Assembly (NCBI GenBank): GCA_965238175.1
Contig: CBDEGZ010000003.1
Span: forward strand, 3,008,001-3,072,000
Reading direction: 5' to 3'
Origin: Gammaproteobacteria bacterium
GTDB taxonomy: Bacteria; Pseudomonadota; Gammaproteobacteria; CAJXQU01
Length of the DNA: 64,000 nt
Under the pieces are notes generated by a model. It made no database searches, was not told the origin of the DNA, and saw only the letters and a program-made list of their open reading frames with translations. Both the position numbers and the translations under genes were made by a program. Within the stretch, counting starts at the first letter, position 1. Each line of letters opens with the position of its first letter. Below are positions 19,077 through 30,616 of this stretch, piece by piece.

Positions 19077-21491
19077 CTACTGAGGCATGGTGACTACTGT
19101 TTGTGGGAATGGAATTTCAATTCCTGCTTGTCGGAACTTTTGCAAAATACATTTGCGAATTTCACTCGAAACCCTTTTTCGACTTTCGATATTGTCAACA
19201 AAGGCATACAACTGAAAATCGAGCGAGCTCTCACCAAAATCATTGAAATAAACAAAAGGTGCCGGCCAGGAGAGGACTTCTGATCGCTCTCCAGCACATT
19301 CGAGTAACATAGTTTCAACCTGTTCAATATCAGAATCATAAGCAACACCAATTGGAATTTCGATCCGACCAAAGGCACTTTTATGGGTCCAGTTAACCAC
19401 GGCATTCTGTAATAAATCTGCATTTGGAATAATCACGGAAGCGCGACTAAATGTCTCGATCTCAGTCGAGCGAACATTGATCTGCTTAACCTTACCTTCC
19501 AATTCTCCAACAATGACCCAGTCACCCATTTTGATCGGTCGTTCAAATAACAAGATCAAACCTGAAACAAAATTATTAACGATATCCTTTAAACCAAAAC
19601 CAATACCGACAGAAAGTGCACCCGCGATTAGAGCAAGTTTGGTGAGATCAATTCCTAAAGTAGATAGCGCTAACAATAACGCGATCAAAATGCCTACATA
19701 ACTGATACCAGAACTCACAGCCGTTCTTACACCAATATCCATATTGGTTTGTGGAAATAATCTGTTTTCCAGAAATGTCCGAATAACACGAGTTAAGGCA
19801 ACTACGCCAAACAAGACAAAAAAAGCAAGAATCACATCCGCTAGCGAAAAGGTGTATGAACCGATCGAAATACCTGTGAACCAGCCAGAGATCAAGTTGA
19901 CTAAATCCTGATGAGGGAACCTCCACAAGACTAAAAGCAAATAGGCTGCGGCAAGAATTCCAAAAAGATCCAACAAGGTCATAATCCAGAAATTCAATCT
20001 TTTCCCTGTATCTCGATCAAAGGTCAACACTTTTCTCAACGAGTTCGCGACCGAAGTCTCTTTTTCTAACAACAAGAGAAGTGAATCACGGAGGAAAACG
20101 CGCAGTGCTACAAAAATTGCAGCCAATAAGCTCGTTAAGATGATTCTTAGCAGGAGAAAATCAGCAAGATTATGAAAACCTAAAATACTACAAACCAATC
20201 CAGTAAAAGCAACAAAACCCGTCAACAATCGAAGATAAGGCCAAAACCATAACCGTGCAGAATCAACCTCTCCTTCACCCTGAACAATCTCTGGATCAAT
20301 ATTTCCAGACACTCGCCACAACGATCTACCAGATAAAAACAGTAAGATCACCGAAATAAGTGAATTCTTAACGAAAGCATAAATAGAACCAAATTCAGCA
20401 GCTACACCTGTGTCTACGAGCACCAAATCAAACGCAATGCCTATCGCAAGAACAGCGACAAGAAGGTTTAAACGATGAGCTATTTTTCTAGCCGCATTTG
20501 GAGAAACCCAAGTTAAACTCCATTGTGGCATCCGAGGCGAAAATATCGCCCGAACCAACGCTGAACCCATTAAATAAAAAATAACGGCGAAAAATACTCC
20601 TTTCGGCCAAATGAATTGTGGATCCAATACGAACTGCATCCAATAATTCCAAGCAATCCCACACAGAACAGTAAAGATCAGAACTGGAATAATCCCTCGA
20701 CTGATTGTGACACCTATCGCCGCAAAAATTCTATGCCGATACGATGGTGCTTCTATCGCAGCATTTCTCAGAAAGCGATGTAGAGGCCCTTTTCTCATCA
20801 AATATCCAGCTAAAATTGTGAGAAAGATACCTACCACAAGAACAGGTAATATGATTAAAACAGGTGACTTATAACCACCTTCCTGACGTGCTTTTATCAA
20901 CGACTTATAACCATTAAAGAACTGCGCGCCAGCTTTTATCCAAATTCTTGGATCGAGCGGCAAAGGAGCCTGACTAACCAATGTAGAAACCATTTGATCA
21001 ATCTCTACATTCGAGATCTCATGCAACAACAGATCACTGCGTTTACTGATCAAATCGGACTGCTTAGCGTGTCCTTCCGCCTCTCGTAACAACCTCGCCA
21101 GTTTCCGCCTTTCACGTGAGACCTGAGCCGCTTCATCTGGCTCACCGTCCTCAGGTAGCCGCCCTAGTGAATCTACAAGTTTTTTTAGTTCACGTGTCTT
21201 ATCAGACGCATCAAGACTCCTTTTAAGCGCCTCAGTACGAACGGTGTTTATTTGTTCTCGTAAAAGTATTGCAGACTCATCATTAAGACGACTTTTCTTG
21301 ATCAACCCTTCCGCATTATTCAACGTGGTGTTCCACCGTGAATGAACAATGTTGAAACTGGGTTCTGACAAACCTGCATCATCCACCGCTACACTCACTG
21401 AAGAAAAATAAGCAAGTACAAACAAACCGACCAGAATCAGTATTGTTTGTCTACGGAAAGTATTGAAATATGTATGCATAACGTGTATCAA
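19077..21491 (-). CDS. Large MscS-family (MscK-like) mechanosensitive channel
   Basis: GALSVGIGFGL..IVNNFVSGLILLFERPIK.GD, C-terminal IEIPFPQ; periplasmic coiled-coil N-terminus and many TMs. Confidence 0.93.
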   Translation of the reverse strand: MIHVMHTYFNTFRRQTILILVGLFVLAYFSSVSVAVDDAGLSEPSFNIVHSRWNTTLNNAEGLIKKSRLNDESAILLREQINTVRTEALKRSLDASDKTRELKKLVDSLGRLPEDGEPDEAAQVSRERRKLARLLREAEGHAKQSDLISKRSDLLLHEISNVEIDQMVSTLVSQAPLPLDPRIWIKAGAQFFNGYKSLIKARQEGGYKSPVLIILPVLVVGIFLTILAGYLMRKGPLHRFLRNAAIEAPSYRHRIFAAIGVTISRGIIPVLIFTVLCGIAWNYWMQFVLDPQFIWPKGVFFAVIFYLMGSALVRAIFSPRMPQWSLTWVSPNAARKIAHRLNLLVAVLAIGIAFDLVLVDTGVAAEFGSIYAFVKNSLISVILLFLSGRSLWRVSGNIDPEIVQGEGEVDSARLWFWPYLRLLTGFVAFTGLVCSILGFHNLADFLLLRIILTSLLAAIFVALRVFLRDSLLLLLEKETSVANSLRKVLTFDRDTGKRLNFWIMTLLDLFGILAAAYLLLVLWRFPHQDLVNLISGWFTGISIGSYTFSLADVILAFFVLFGVVALTRVIRTFLENRLFPQTNMDIGVRTAVSSGISYVGILIALLLALSTLGIDLTKLALIAGALSVGIGFGLKDIVNNFVSGLILLFERPIKMGDWVIVGELEGKVKQINVRSTEIETFSRASVIIPNADLLQNAVVNWTHKSAFGRIEIPIGVAYDSDIEQVETMLLECAGERSEVLSWPAPFVYFNDFGESSLDFQLYAFVDNIESRKRVSSEIRKCILQKFRQAGIEIPFPQTVVTMPQ

Positions 21492-21606
21492 TAATTACGG
21501 TTGTCTTAAATATAATTACAATTTCACCTTTTTTTAGCCACAATTCAATTCTAAACTAAAGCCAAACTATTTATGCCTGATTTAATGGGACTTACTTCTA
21601 GGATCT

Positions 21607-24600
21607 ATGATGAATAAAGTAAAAATTCTGTTTTCATTCTTTTTGATTGTTGTTTTTAAACTCACTCCGGCCTATTCGGCAGAAGAATTAAAAATCTTAC
21701 GGATCACACCACAAGGTGACAACATTCCTGCCAAACAACAAATTGTTATCGAATTTGATCAAGCCGTTGTTCCTTTAGGAAATATGCAACGAGACACCAA
21801 ACAATTACCCATTAGCATAACACCACAGATAAACTGCCAATGGCGCTGGATGGATACACGCTCACTGGTTTGCCAACTGGATGTTGAAGAAAAACTATCC
21901 CTCGCCACAAAATACTCTATTAAGGTTGAAACAGGCATTACGACTGAGAACGATACAGGAATGAAGTCGTCATATGATCACACCTTTACGACACAACTGC
22001 CCGACATTCATTCCACCTGGTTTCGTACATGGGCGACTCCCGGAACCCCGGTTATCAAAACCAGATTCAATATGCCAGTCACCAAAGCCTCCATCGAAAA
22101 ACATATCTATTTTGAAGCCTCAGGACAACGCTTTGCGATTAAAGCTGAACTCAATCCAGATATGGAAGTTAACCAACACACGGACCTTGAGTTTCAACAG
22201 ATATGGTTACTTTCTCCAAAAGACGAACTACCACTGGATACAGCGATAAAATTAATGACCGAAGCAGGTCTTGTTTCAAATCAAGGAACAACTTTCGGTC
22301 AATCAAGTCGTACTGTTGTCGAATTCCAGACCTTTCCGGAATTTGAATTTCTTGGCGTGAAGTGTTTCTCAACCACTAAACAAAAACAGATATTAATTTC
22401 TGAATCGAATGATTTACCTATATGTAATCCACAAGGCAGCATTACTCTTACTTTCAGCTCTCCCGTTGCGGAACACGCCCTTCGAGACCATTTGATCATT
22501 CAACCAGATCTGACTAATGGTCGGAAAGATTATGATCCCTGGGCTGGTAATTATTTTTATTCCAGACTGACTAGCCCGCACCAAAAAGATCAAAACTACG
22601 ATGTTTATCTTCCTGAAAACTTAAAAGCATTTCAACCTTACAAATTTAGTAGTAAAGATATCCGTGATGAATTTGGTCGCAGGTTAAAATCACCCATCGA
22701 TCTGAATTTTTTTACTGACCATCGACAACCAAATTTAAACCTTGCACACCCAGTGGCCGTATTAGAAAAAGAGATAGACAGCCAATTGCCCGTTTATATC
22801 ACCAACCTGAAGAAACTTGATCTGAACTATTCGATACTTACCTCTAAAGAAACAGCATCTCAACAAAAATCATTAGATGTACCTGATATTGTAGATATTG
22901 CTTTCGCTCATCCGCTCTCTGTTCGCGAAATCCTCAAACAACAATCCGGCATCATTTCTGGAAAGATCTCAATGCATCCAAATCCTCGAGGATATGATCC
23001 AACAGACTTTTTTGTGCAAGTTACCCCTTGGCAAGTTCATGTAAAACTTGGCCATTTTAATTCGTTAGTTTGGGTTATTGATATGGCGACAGGTCAACCT
23101 GTACAAAATGCAAATGTCAGTATTTATGAAGGCACTTTAGATCTAAAAGAACCCAATAAAATAATAGAAAGCGTGATCACAAATGATCAAGGGCTGGCAA
23201 AATTTTCTGGCTTGTTAACACTTGATCCAGATCTGGAATTGATCAATAGCTGGAAGCATGACGCGACAAAATTAATGTTCAAAGTTGAGAAAGATAAAGA
23301 TATCGCGCTATTACCCGCAAAAAATTCCTTCACAGTCTGGGGAAGAGATATCTATCCATGGAACCGCGATCAATTTGGTTATTTGAAAGCTTGGGGAACC
23401 ACAGCACAAGGCGTATATCGCCCCGGTGACACTATTCAATACAAACTCTACGTTCGTGATCAGAATAATCAAACATTGATCAAATCATCTTTCAATGGAC
23501 CAGATACCCTTTGGAGCCTGACGATTACAGATCCAAAAGACAAAGTAGTAAGTGAGATTAAAAATCTGCAGCTTAATGAATTCGGTGCTTACGATAACGA
23601 ACTTTTAATTCCTGAAAATGCCAGTGTTGGTGCTTATAGGTTCACACTCAAAGCGGAAAAAGAAACAAACCAAAACAATCAAGAAAACAAAAACACAAAA
23701 ATAATATTTCAGTCAGATCCACTTACAGTCCTGGTGAGTGATTTCACACCTGCACCTTTTAAAGTCAAAACAGAATTAAATGGAAAAATGTTCCAACCGG
23801 GTGATCAATTAATTGTTTCAACCACAGCACGTCTCCATGCAGGTGGGCCATATACTCAAGCTCAAACTTCAATTTCAGCAGATCTGATCGCTGGCAATTT
23901 TACTTCTAAACATCCCATAGCTAAAGAACTACATTTTGACACTCGATCTGCAAATGGATCCCAATCAGAAGTTATTTTTCAAAAACAGGAATTATTAGAC
24001 GATAAGGGTGATCTAGAAACAGCTATTGATCTCATTGATAAAAATATTATTTATGGAACCGTACGTGTAGAGAGTCGTGTTCAGGATGATCGTGGTAAAA
24101 ATGTCGCTAATCTTGCTAACGCAAAATTCTTCGCTCGCGATCAACTGGTTGGTTTGAAAAACAGTCGTTGGGTATATCAGGAAGAACAACCTGCTGAAAT
24201 ACAATATATGGTCGTTGACAAAGACGGTAATCCTATTACAGATACAGCCGTAAGTCTTATTATTGAGCGTCAAGAAACAAGCGCAGCACGCGTCAAAAGT
24301 GCTGGCAATGCTTATACCACCCGATATATTACTGAATGGGTTCAAGCGTCAACTTGCACTGGCGTTAGTTCTAGCGAGTTAGCCGCCTGTATTTTCACAC
24401 CTGCAGAGCCGGGTAACTATCGGATCACAGCTAATATTAAAGATTCACAAAAGCGGCAACACAATTCTCAAATTTATGCCTGGGTTGTAGGCAAAGGCCA
24501 AGTTTTATGGGAACAACCTAGCAATAATAATTTATCAATTATTCCTGAAAATAATGATCCAAAAATCGGTGACACGGTTCGATATTTAGTTAAAAACCCT

Positions 24601-27414
24601 TACCCCGGTGGCAAGGCGCTGATCACGGTTGAACGTTATGGGATCTTAAAAAGTTGGGTTGAAGATTTTGACGACAGCACAGAAATTGTCGAGTTCGAAG
24701 TTGGGCCAGACTTTATGCCGGGTTTTTATTTATCGGTTAATGTTTTTTCTCCCAGAATTGAACCACCAAAAGAAATAACCTGCGATACTAAAAATACTAA
24801 TTTAGGTCAAGTTGATTTAGGAAAACCAGCTTTCAGTATGGGTTATGTCAGTGTGCCGGTTTCTGATCCTTATAAACAACTTGATGTCTCGATTGAAAGT
24901 AACAAAAAAACTTATAAACCCGGTGAAAACATCGAACTCACATTCTCGGCCCACCCTAAAAATGATGACCAAAAACAAGATGTTGAATTAACCATTGTAG
25001 TACTCGATGAAGCAGTTTTTGATTTAATCAAACAAGGTGATAAATATTTTGATCCTTATAAAGGCTTTTATTCTCTTGAGAGTTTAGATGTTGCGAATTT
25101 TAGTTTATTAACACGCTTAATCGGACGTCAAAACTTTGAGAAAAAAGGTACGAATCCCGGTGGTGATGGCCAAGGTTCAGATAATGTTAGTTTTCGATCC
25201 ATCGATAAATATGTCGGTTATTGGAATCCTTCTTTAATTTTACAACCAGATCAAAAACAAACCATCTCATTCACAGCACCGGATAATTTAACTGGCTGGC
25301 ACGTATTCGCAATGGCGGCAAACAAAACTGATCGTCTTGGTCTCGGTAAAGGAGAGTTTAAAGTCAACAAAGAAATTGAACTGCGTCCAGTAATGCCGAA
25401 TCAAGTTATGCAAGGTGATCAATTTCAAGCGGGGTTTAGTGTTTTAAATAGAACAGATAAAACAAAAGAAATTAATGTTGAAATAAAACTCAGTGGAGAT
25501 AGTGTTGATGGATTTGATAAAAAAAATAATCAACAAAAATCCGTCAGCAAATATTTGACCGTTGAACCATTTAAACGTCAATCTTTCTGGCTGCCTGTTC
25601 AAACTAAATCAGCTGGTAAAATTGTTTTTACTGCGCAAGCAAGATCAGGTTCTGAAACCGACGGATTGAAGCATACTATTCCTGTTCTAAAACGTAGAGT
25701 GTTTGATACCGCAGCCGACTACGGCACATCTATTGATCCGATTACTAAAACAGAAATTTTATTCCCGGAAAAAATTCATAACGACTCTGGTTCTTTAAGC
25801 GTGAACGTATCACCAACCGTTATTGGTAATGTCGATGGTGCATTTAAGTATATGCGCGACTATCCATACAGGTGTTGGGAACAACGTTTGAGTAAAGGCG
25901 TTATGGCAGATCATTTTCAAAGTCTGAAGAATTACCTGCCTGATAATCTACAATGGAACGAGAGCGAAAAACTCGCAGAGAAAATGATTAATGACGCCAC
26001 TAACTTTCAGGCACCGAATGGTGGCATGACATTTTGGATCCCGAAAGATGAATATGTCAGCCCGTACCTAAGTGCTTATACCGCGCTCGCTTTTAACTGG
26101 TTGCGAAATAGCGGCCACAGTATTCCTGATCAAACAGAAGAAAAATTACACGGCTATCTTAATCAATTACTTAAGCACGACGTCATGCCAACCTTTTATG
26201 ATAAAGGAATGGCTTCCACCGTCAGAGCAGTGGCACTAGCCGCACTTTCAAAGCAAGGAAAAACACAATTATCTGATCTGGAACGCTTCCGCGAACATGT
26301 TCCTCAAATGAGTTTGTTCGGCAAAGCACATTATTTGATCGCCGCTAATAATACGCAGGGCGCAGATGAAATTATTACAGATGTTGCGCATATAATCCTT
26401 TCACATGTTGTTCAAAGTACTGGAAAATTTCAGTTCAATGAAGATTTGAGTTCTGCTTATAATCGTATCTTAGCGACACCAATGCGTACGCAATGTTCAA
26501 TCTTGAGTGCCTTAACAGAGACAGCTCAGACCACCGTCGGAAGAAACTTAGTTGGTGAAATTCCATTCAAAATTGTCAGAGCTATAACTCAAGGGCGAGG
26601 AGCTCGAGATCACTGGCAAAACACTCAAGAAAATATGTTCTGCATGAATGCACTCAGCGAATATAGCCGCGTTTATGAAGCAAAATCCTCAGCAATGCTC
26701 ATAAAAGCAACGCTCGACGATGAGCTATTAGGCGTTTCCAAATTTGAAAACAAACGTTCAACTGAAATGAGTTTTGTCCATGAGATCAATAATAATGATC
26801 TCGGTAGAAAAGCGACTATCACACTCGAAAAAGAAGGTTCTGGTCGAGTCTATTACACCACACAATTGCAATATGCCTTACTCGACAGTGAAGCAGAACG
26901 GCTAAATTCTGGCATTGAAATTCGACGTGAATATAGTATTAAACGAAATGATACATGGGAGCAATTAAATACGTCGAAAGCAGCCATGCAAATTAAACGC
27001 GGCGACCTAGTACGTGTCGACCTATTTGTAAACCTTCCAACAGCACGTAACTATGTCGTCATTGATGATCCCGTTCCGGGAGGGTTAGAACCTGTTAATC
27101 GTGATCTGGCAACCACCTCTGTCTTCGATGCTGAAGCTGGAGAATTTCAAGCCTCTGACGGTTCTTTCTGGTTTGAAAAAGACGATTGGCAAGATTATAA
27201 CTATTCTAGATGGAGTTTTTATCATCAAGAAATGCGTCACGATTCTGTTCGATTTTATTCAGATTATCTCAGCCCTGGCAATTATCACCTAAGCTACACC
27301 GCCCAAGCGATTGCGTCAGGGACTTTTTCAGTCTTACCGGCAAAAACAGAAGAGATGTATGATCCCGATATTTATGGAAGAAGTTTGCCAGCGACGTTGG
27401 AAGTATTAGATTAG
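21607..27414 (+). CDS. Bacterial alpha-2-macroglobulin
   Basis: 1935 aa; GVYRPGD MG2 motif, PDNLTGW, thioester motif YPYRCWEQ, C-terminal DPVPGGLE / EEMY.P; followed by pbpC. Confidence 0.95.
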   Translation: MMNKVKILFSFFLIVVFKLTPAYSAEELKILRITPQGDNIPAKQQIVIEFDQAVVPLGNMQRDTKQLPISITPQINCQWRWMDTRSLVCQLDVEEKLSLATKYSIKVETGITTENDTGMKSSYDHTFTTQLPDIHSTWFRTWATPGTPVIKTRFNMPVTKASIEKHIYFEASGQRFAIKAELNPDMEVNQHTDLEFQQIWLLSPKDELPLDTAIKLMTEAGLVSNQGTTFGQSSRTVVEFQTFPEFEFLGVKCFSTTKQKQILISESNDLPICNPQGSITLTFSSPVAEHALRDHLIIQPDLTNGRKDYDPWAGNYFYSRLTSPHQKDQNYDVYLPENLKAFQPYKFSSKDIRDEFGRRLKSPIDLNFFTDHRQPNLNLAHPVAVLEKEIDSQLPVYITNLKKLDLNYSILTSKETASQQKSLDVPDIVDIAFAHPLSVREILKQQSGIISGKISMHPNPRGYDPTDFFVQVTPWQVHVKLGHFNSLVWVIDMATGQPVQNANVSIYEGTLDLKEPNKIIESVITNDQGLAKFSGLLTLDPDLELINSWKHDATKLMFKVEKDKDIALLPAKNSFTVWGRDIYPWNRDQFGYLKAWGTTAQGVYRPGDTIQYKLYVRDQNNQTLIKSSFNGPDTLWSLTITDPKDKVVSEIKNLQLNEFGAYDNELLIPENASVGAYRFTLKAEKETNQNNQENKNTKIIFQSDPLTVLVSDFTPAPFKVKTELNGKMFQPGDQLIVSTTARLHAGGPYTQAQTSISADLIAGNFTSKHPIAKELHFDTRSANGSQSEVIFQKQELLDDKGDLETAIDLIDKNIIYGTVRVESRVQDDRGKNVANLANAKFFARDQLVGLKNSRWVYQEEQPAEIQYMVVDKDGNPITDTAVSLIIERQETSAARVKSAGNAYTTRYITEWVQASTCTGVSSSELAACIFTPAEPGNYRITANIKDSQKRQHNSQIYAWVVGKGQVLWEQPSNNNLSIIPENNDPKIGDTVRYLVKNPYPGGKALITVERYGILKSWVEDFDDSTEIVEFEVGPDFMPGFYLSVNVFSPRIEPPKEITCDTKNTNLGQVDLGKPAFSMGYVSVPVSDPYKQLDVSIESNKKTYKPGENIELTFSAHPKNDDQKQDVELTIVVLDEAVFDLIKQGDKYFDPYKGFYSLESLDVANFSLLTRLIGRQNFEKKGTNPGGDGQGSDNVSFRSIDKYVGYWNPSLILQPDQKQTISFTAPDNLTGWHVFAMAANKTDRLGLGKGEFKVNKEIELRPVMPNQVMQGDQFQAGFSVLNRTDKTKEINVEIKLSGDSVDGFDKKNNQQKSVSKYLTVEPFKRQSFWLPVQTKSAGKIVFTAQARSGSETDGLKHTIPVLKRRVFDTAADYGTSIDPITKTEILFPEKIHNDSGSLSVNVSPTVIGNVDGAFKYMRDYPYRCWEQRLSKGVMADHFQSLKNYLPDNLQWNESEKLAEKMINDATNFQAPNGGMTFWIPKDEYVSPYLSAYTALAFNWLRNSGHSIPDQTEEKLHGYLNQLLKHDVMPTFYDKGMASTVRAVALAALSKQGKTQLSDLERFREHVPQMSLFGKAHYLIAANNTQGADEIITDVAHIILSHVVQSTGKFQFNEDLSSAYNRILATPMRTQCSILSALTETAQTTVGRNLVGEIPFKIVRAITQGRGARDHWQNTQENMFCMNALSEYSRVYEAKSSAMLIKATLDDELLGVSKFENKRSTEMSFVHEINNNDLGRKATITLEKEGSGRVYYTTQLQYALLDSEAERLNSGIEIRREYSIKRNDTWEQLNTSKAAMQIKRGDLVRVDLFVNLPTARNYVVIDDPVPGGLEPVNRDLATTSVFDAEAGEFQASDGSFWFEKDDWQDYNYSRWSFYHQEMRHDSVRFYSDYLSPGNYHLSYTAQAIASGTFSVLPAKTEEMYDPDIYGRSLPATLEVLD

Positions 27415-27417
27415 ATC

Positions 27418-29601
27418 ATGAAATTATTTGCTAGCGCTATAATCGCTTTTCTTTTCACACTAATAACTATAGCTGTACAGACATATACTGATCTGCAAGA
27501 TATCCCAACGACACTCAATCTCACCGAATCGACGATCCAAAAACCACAACTGTTAGATCGTCATCTAAAACCGATCACGATTACTTATAAAAACTATTGG
27601 AACCTGCATGATATTGTTCCTCTGCATAAAGTTCCGGAATTTCTAAAGCAAGCATTTATTATTTCGGAAGATAAACGTTTTTATAATCATCATGGACCGG
27701 ATTGGGCTGCGCGTGCACATGCGCTTTGGCAAAATATTTTTGCCATGAGTAATGTGCGTGGTGCAAGCACCATCAGCGAACAAACGATCAAAATGTTACA
27801 TCCTCGACCAAGAACCATCTGGACACGTTGGCTGGAAGGGTTTGAAGCCGCTCAATTAGAAAAAAGATTTAGTAAAAATGAAATCCTGGAATTTTATCTC
27901 AATCAAGTCCCCTACTCCGCTCAACGACGGGGCGTCACTCAAGCTGCTCGTTATTATTTTGATCGCGACTTAGAAACGTTAAACTATCAGGAAATGATGA
28001 CTATTGCTGTACTCGTTAGAGCACCTTCCAGACTCGATCCGATCAAGAATCCAGATGTTGTAAAACCAGCTGTCAAACGATTAGCAAAACTTATGAACAA
28101 ATCGATAAGTTGGTCGAATACAACTTCGCAACAAGAGTCAGGTTCGATCAAAGCCAGTCATTTTGCAAGTTATATCTATAAACAAAATAATGAAAGCCGA
28201 AAAACAAAAACACGCAAGATTAAGACTACCCTTGATCGAAACCTGCAACAGGTTACGCAACAAATTCTTGAACAAAGGATTATTGATCTAAAAAATAGCA
28301 ATGTGAAAAACGGCGCAGTTTTAATTATCGATCATAAAACAAATGAAGTTCTCAGTTGGGTTGTCGCCGGAGATAGTCAAGCAGAATATCCTGGTGGTGG
28401 CATTGATGCTGTCACGACACCAAGACAACCTGGTTCTACATTAAAACCATTACTTTACACACTTGCGCTTGAACATGGTTTTACTGCAGCCACACTGATT
28501 GATGACCGTTCTCTGAGCGAATCAGTTGGGTTTGGCCAACATACCTACCGCAACTACAGTCGCCGGCATTATGGATTGATTTCCGTACGTGAAGCTTTAG
28601 GAAATTCCCTCAATATTCCTGCGGTTAAAACCTTACAAAAAGTCGGTACAGAAAATTTTTTAAATATACTTCATCAATTAGGAATGTCTAGTTTACAGAA
28701 ACATCCTGACTTATACGGTGATGGGCTGGCATTAGGTAATGGCGAGATCACACTTTATGAACTGGTTCAGGCATACACCACGCTTGCAAGACAAGGTAAT
28801 TACAAACCATTATCGGTCAATAGAGATAAATATTATGATCACAAAAACAAAAACATATTCACGCCAGAATCTACATCTCTAATTGCAAATATTCTTTCTG
28901 ATCCAAAAGCCAGAAGACGAGAGTTTGGAACAGGTGGGTTATTAAACTTTCCAATTCAAACCGCAGTAAAAACAGGCACTTCTAATGATTACCGCGATGC
29001 ATGGGCGGTTGGTTATGATCATCATCATACAGTTGGTGTCTGGATGGGAAATATGGATAGAACCGGTATGAAAGAAATTACCGGATCAATTGGCCCAGCA
29101 TTTGTGCTTCGTTCTGTTTTTTCAGAACTTAATAAACATAAAAAACCCCAGGCGCTTTTTTTTAGTCCAAAATTAGTCAACGCTGAAGTATGTACAGAAA
29201 ATGGTTTACCATTCTCATTAGAAAATAAAAATTGCACGACTATTAACGAATGGTTTATCCCCGGAACGATACCAGAAAATATTCCCGAACTAAATCCAAA
29301 GTCTCAACAAAAAATTGTCATAAAGAATGATCATAAAATCAGAATTCAACAACCAAGTCCAAATCTACAAATAGCCATGGATCCCAGAATTCCTGATCAT
29401 AAAGAAAAATTCATATTTTCTTTAAATAATCCAAATGAAAATCGAAAGGTGAAATGGATACTTAATGATAAATTACTAGCTGAAACAGAAGATTATAATT
29501 ACCAATGGAAATTGGAAAAAGGATCGCATCAACTGCAAGCTGAAGCTTCAATAAACGGCCAATATATCAAGACACCATTAGTAAAATTTTTAGTAAAGTA
29601 A
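27418..29601 (+). CDS. pbpC: Penicillin-binding protein 1C
   Basis: Transglycosylase motifs EDKRFY.H.G and GASTISEQ; transpeptidase STLK, SLN, KTG; canonical pairing with alpha-2-macroglobulin. Confidence 0.92.
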   Translation: MKLFASAIIAFLFTLITIAVQTYTDLQDIPTTLNLTESTIQKPQLLDRHLKPITITYKNYWNLHDIVPLHKVPEFLKQAFIISEDKRFYNHHGPDWAARAHALWQNIFAMSNVRGASTISEQTIKMLHPRPRTIWTRWLEGFEAAQLEKRFSKNEILEFYLNQVPYSAQRRGVTQAARYYFDRDLETLNYQEMMTIAVLVRAPSRLDPIKNPDVVKPAVKRLAKLMNKSISWSNTTSQQESGSIKASHFASYIYKQNNESRKTKTRKIKTTLDRNLQQVTQQILEQRIIDLKNSNVKNGAVLIIDHKTNEVLSWVVAGDSQAEYPGGGIDAVTTPRQPGSTLKPLLYTLALEHGFTAATLIDDRSLSESVGFGQHTYRNYSRRHYGLISVREALGNSLNIPAVKTLQKVGTENFLNILHQLGMSSLQKHPDLYGDGLALGNGEITLYELVQAYTTLARQGNYKPLSVNRDKYYDHKNKNIFTPESTSLIANILSDPKARRREFGTGGLLNFPIQTAVKTGTSNDYRDAWAVGYDHHHTVGVWMGNMDRTGMKEITGSIGPAFVLRSVFSELNKHKKPQALFFSPKLVNAEVCTENGLPFSLENKNCTTINEWFIPGTIPENIPELNPKSQQKIVIKNDHKIRIQQPSPNLQIAMDPRIPDHKEKFIFSLNNPNENRKVKWILNDKLLAETEDYNYQWKLEKGSHQLQAEASINGQYIKTPLVKFLVK

Positions 29602-29766
29602 GAACTACTCTACAATGAAAATAAAACTGATCCTTCCTCCATTAACTGAAGCCCCCCCCTTATTGGCGACCAATAAAATATTCACTATTTCCACCACTCG
29701 GTTTAAGCAACCTTAACAACCTATCTATATCTAGATCCAAGTGACAAAGCCCCTGCAGATCAACAC

Positions 29767-29961
29767 ATGGAAAAACTATTTCTTAATGACAAATCAGGTT
29801 TGGTAATAATACAGGCCTGTGCTTCCAATCTACTTCACGGCAATGAAGCCACGGTAATCGGAATAGGATGTGGAGTAGATGTTTTAAATAATGAAATAGT
29901 GTTTATACTTGACAAAATTAATTTATATAAAACAAAATTAACAGACAATCTTAACCACTAA
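29767..29961 (+). CDS. Short ORF, possibly a toxin-gene fragment
   Basis: 64 aa ending 15 bp before a small membrane-protein gene; no clear family. Confidence 0.25.
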   Translation: MEKLFLNDKSGLVIIQACASNLLHGNEATVIGIGCGVDVLNNEIVFILDKINLYKTKLTDNLNH

Positions 29962-29976
29962 ACTTAAAACTACAAA

Positions 29977-30396
29977 ATGAACACTACCTCAACTTATAAT
30001 ACCGGATTTATCTCTGTTGGAATAATGATATTTATATTTGTAATTATTCCTTCTTACCTCATCATAAAAAACAAATCCTACAAAACGCTTAAAATAACTT
30101 CTTTTATATTGTTTGTTACAATGACAATTCTTAGTATAGGAGCCTATATTACAGGCGGTTTATTAAATTCTTTTATTGCTTTATTTAGTGGTCCTGCCTT
30201 AATTATTGGAATCTATTACCTACTAATATATCTTTTTACACAGCTACAATACACTCGTAAAACAATATCAGTTTTCCCCTTGTATGTACTTCTTTTTTTA
30301 TTGTTTTCCCCGATTGTTTATATAGTTATAGATTTTGAGGGATTTATTAATTTATCAATTTTTGACTTAGTAACTCCAGAGATTGATATGAAATAA
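29977..30396 (+). CDS. Hypothetical 4-TM membrane protein (candidate immunity protein)
   Basis: 139 aa, four hydrophobic segments, very AT-rich. Confidence 0.6.
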   Translation: MNTTSTYNTGFISVGIMIFIFVIIPSYLIIKNKSYKTLKITSFILFVTMTILSIGAYITGGLLNSFIALFSGPALIIGIYYLLIYLFTQLQYTRKTISVFPLYVLLFLLFSPIVYIVIDFEGFINLSIFDLVTPEIDMK

Positions 30397-30616
30397 ATTT
30401 AATAGCATTGAACCAAAGATGATAAAACCTGACAATAACCATTTTTTTCATAATGAAAGATTTCAATAAAAAAATTAGCAAAAAGTTAGTACAACGAACT
30501 GATTCGCTCACTGCATAATTTAATTACACTTAATGATCCGAAACCACGTTTTTTTGGTGTACTCTAACCCTATTGATTTTTCGCTTCGCTCAATTCAGTA
30601 AAGATGTGAATTTTCC

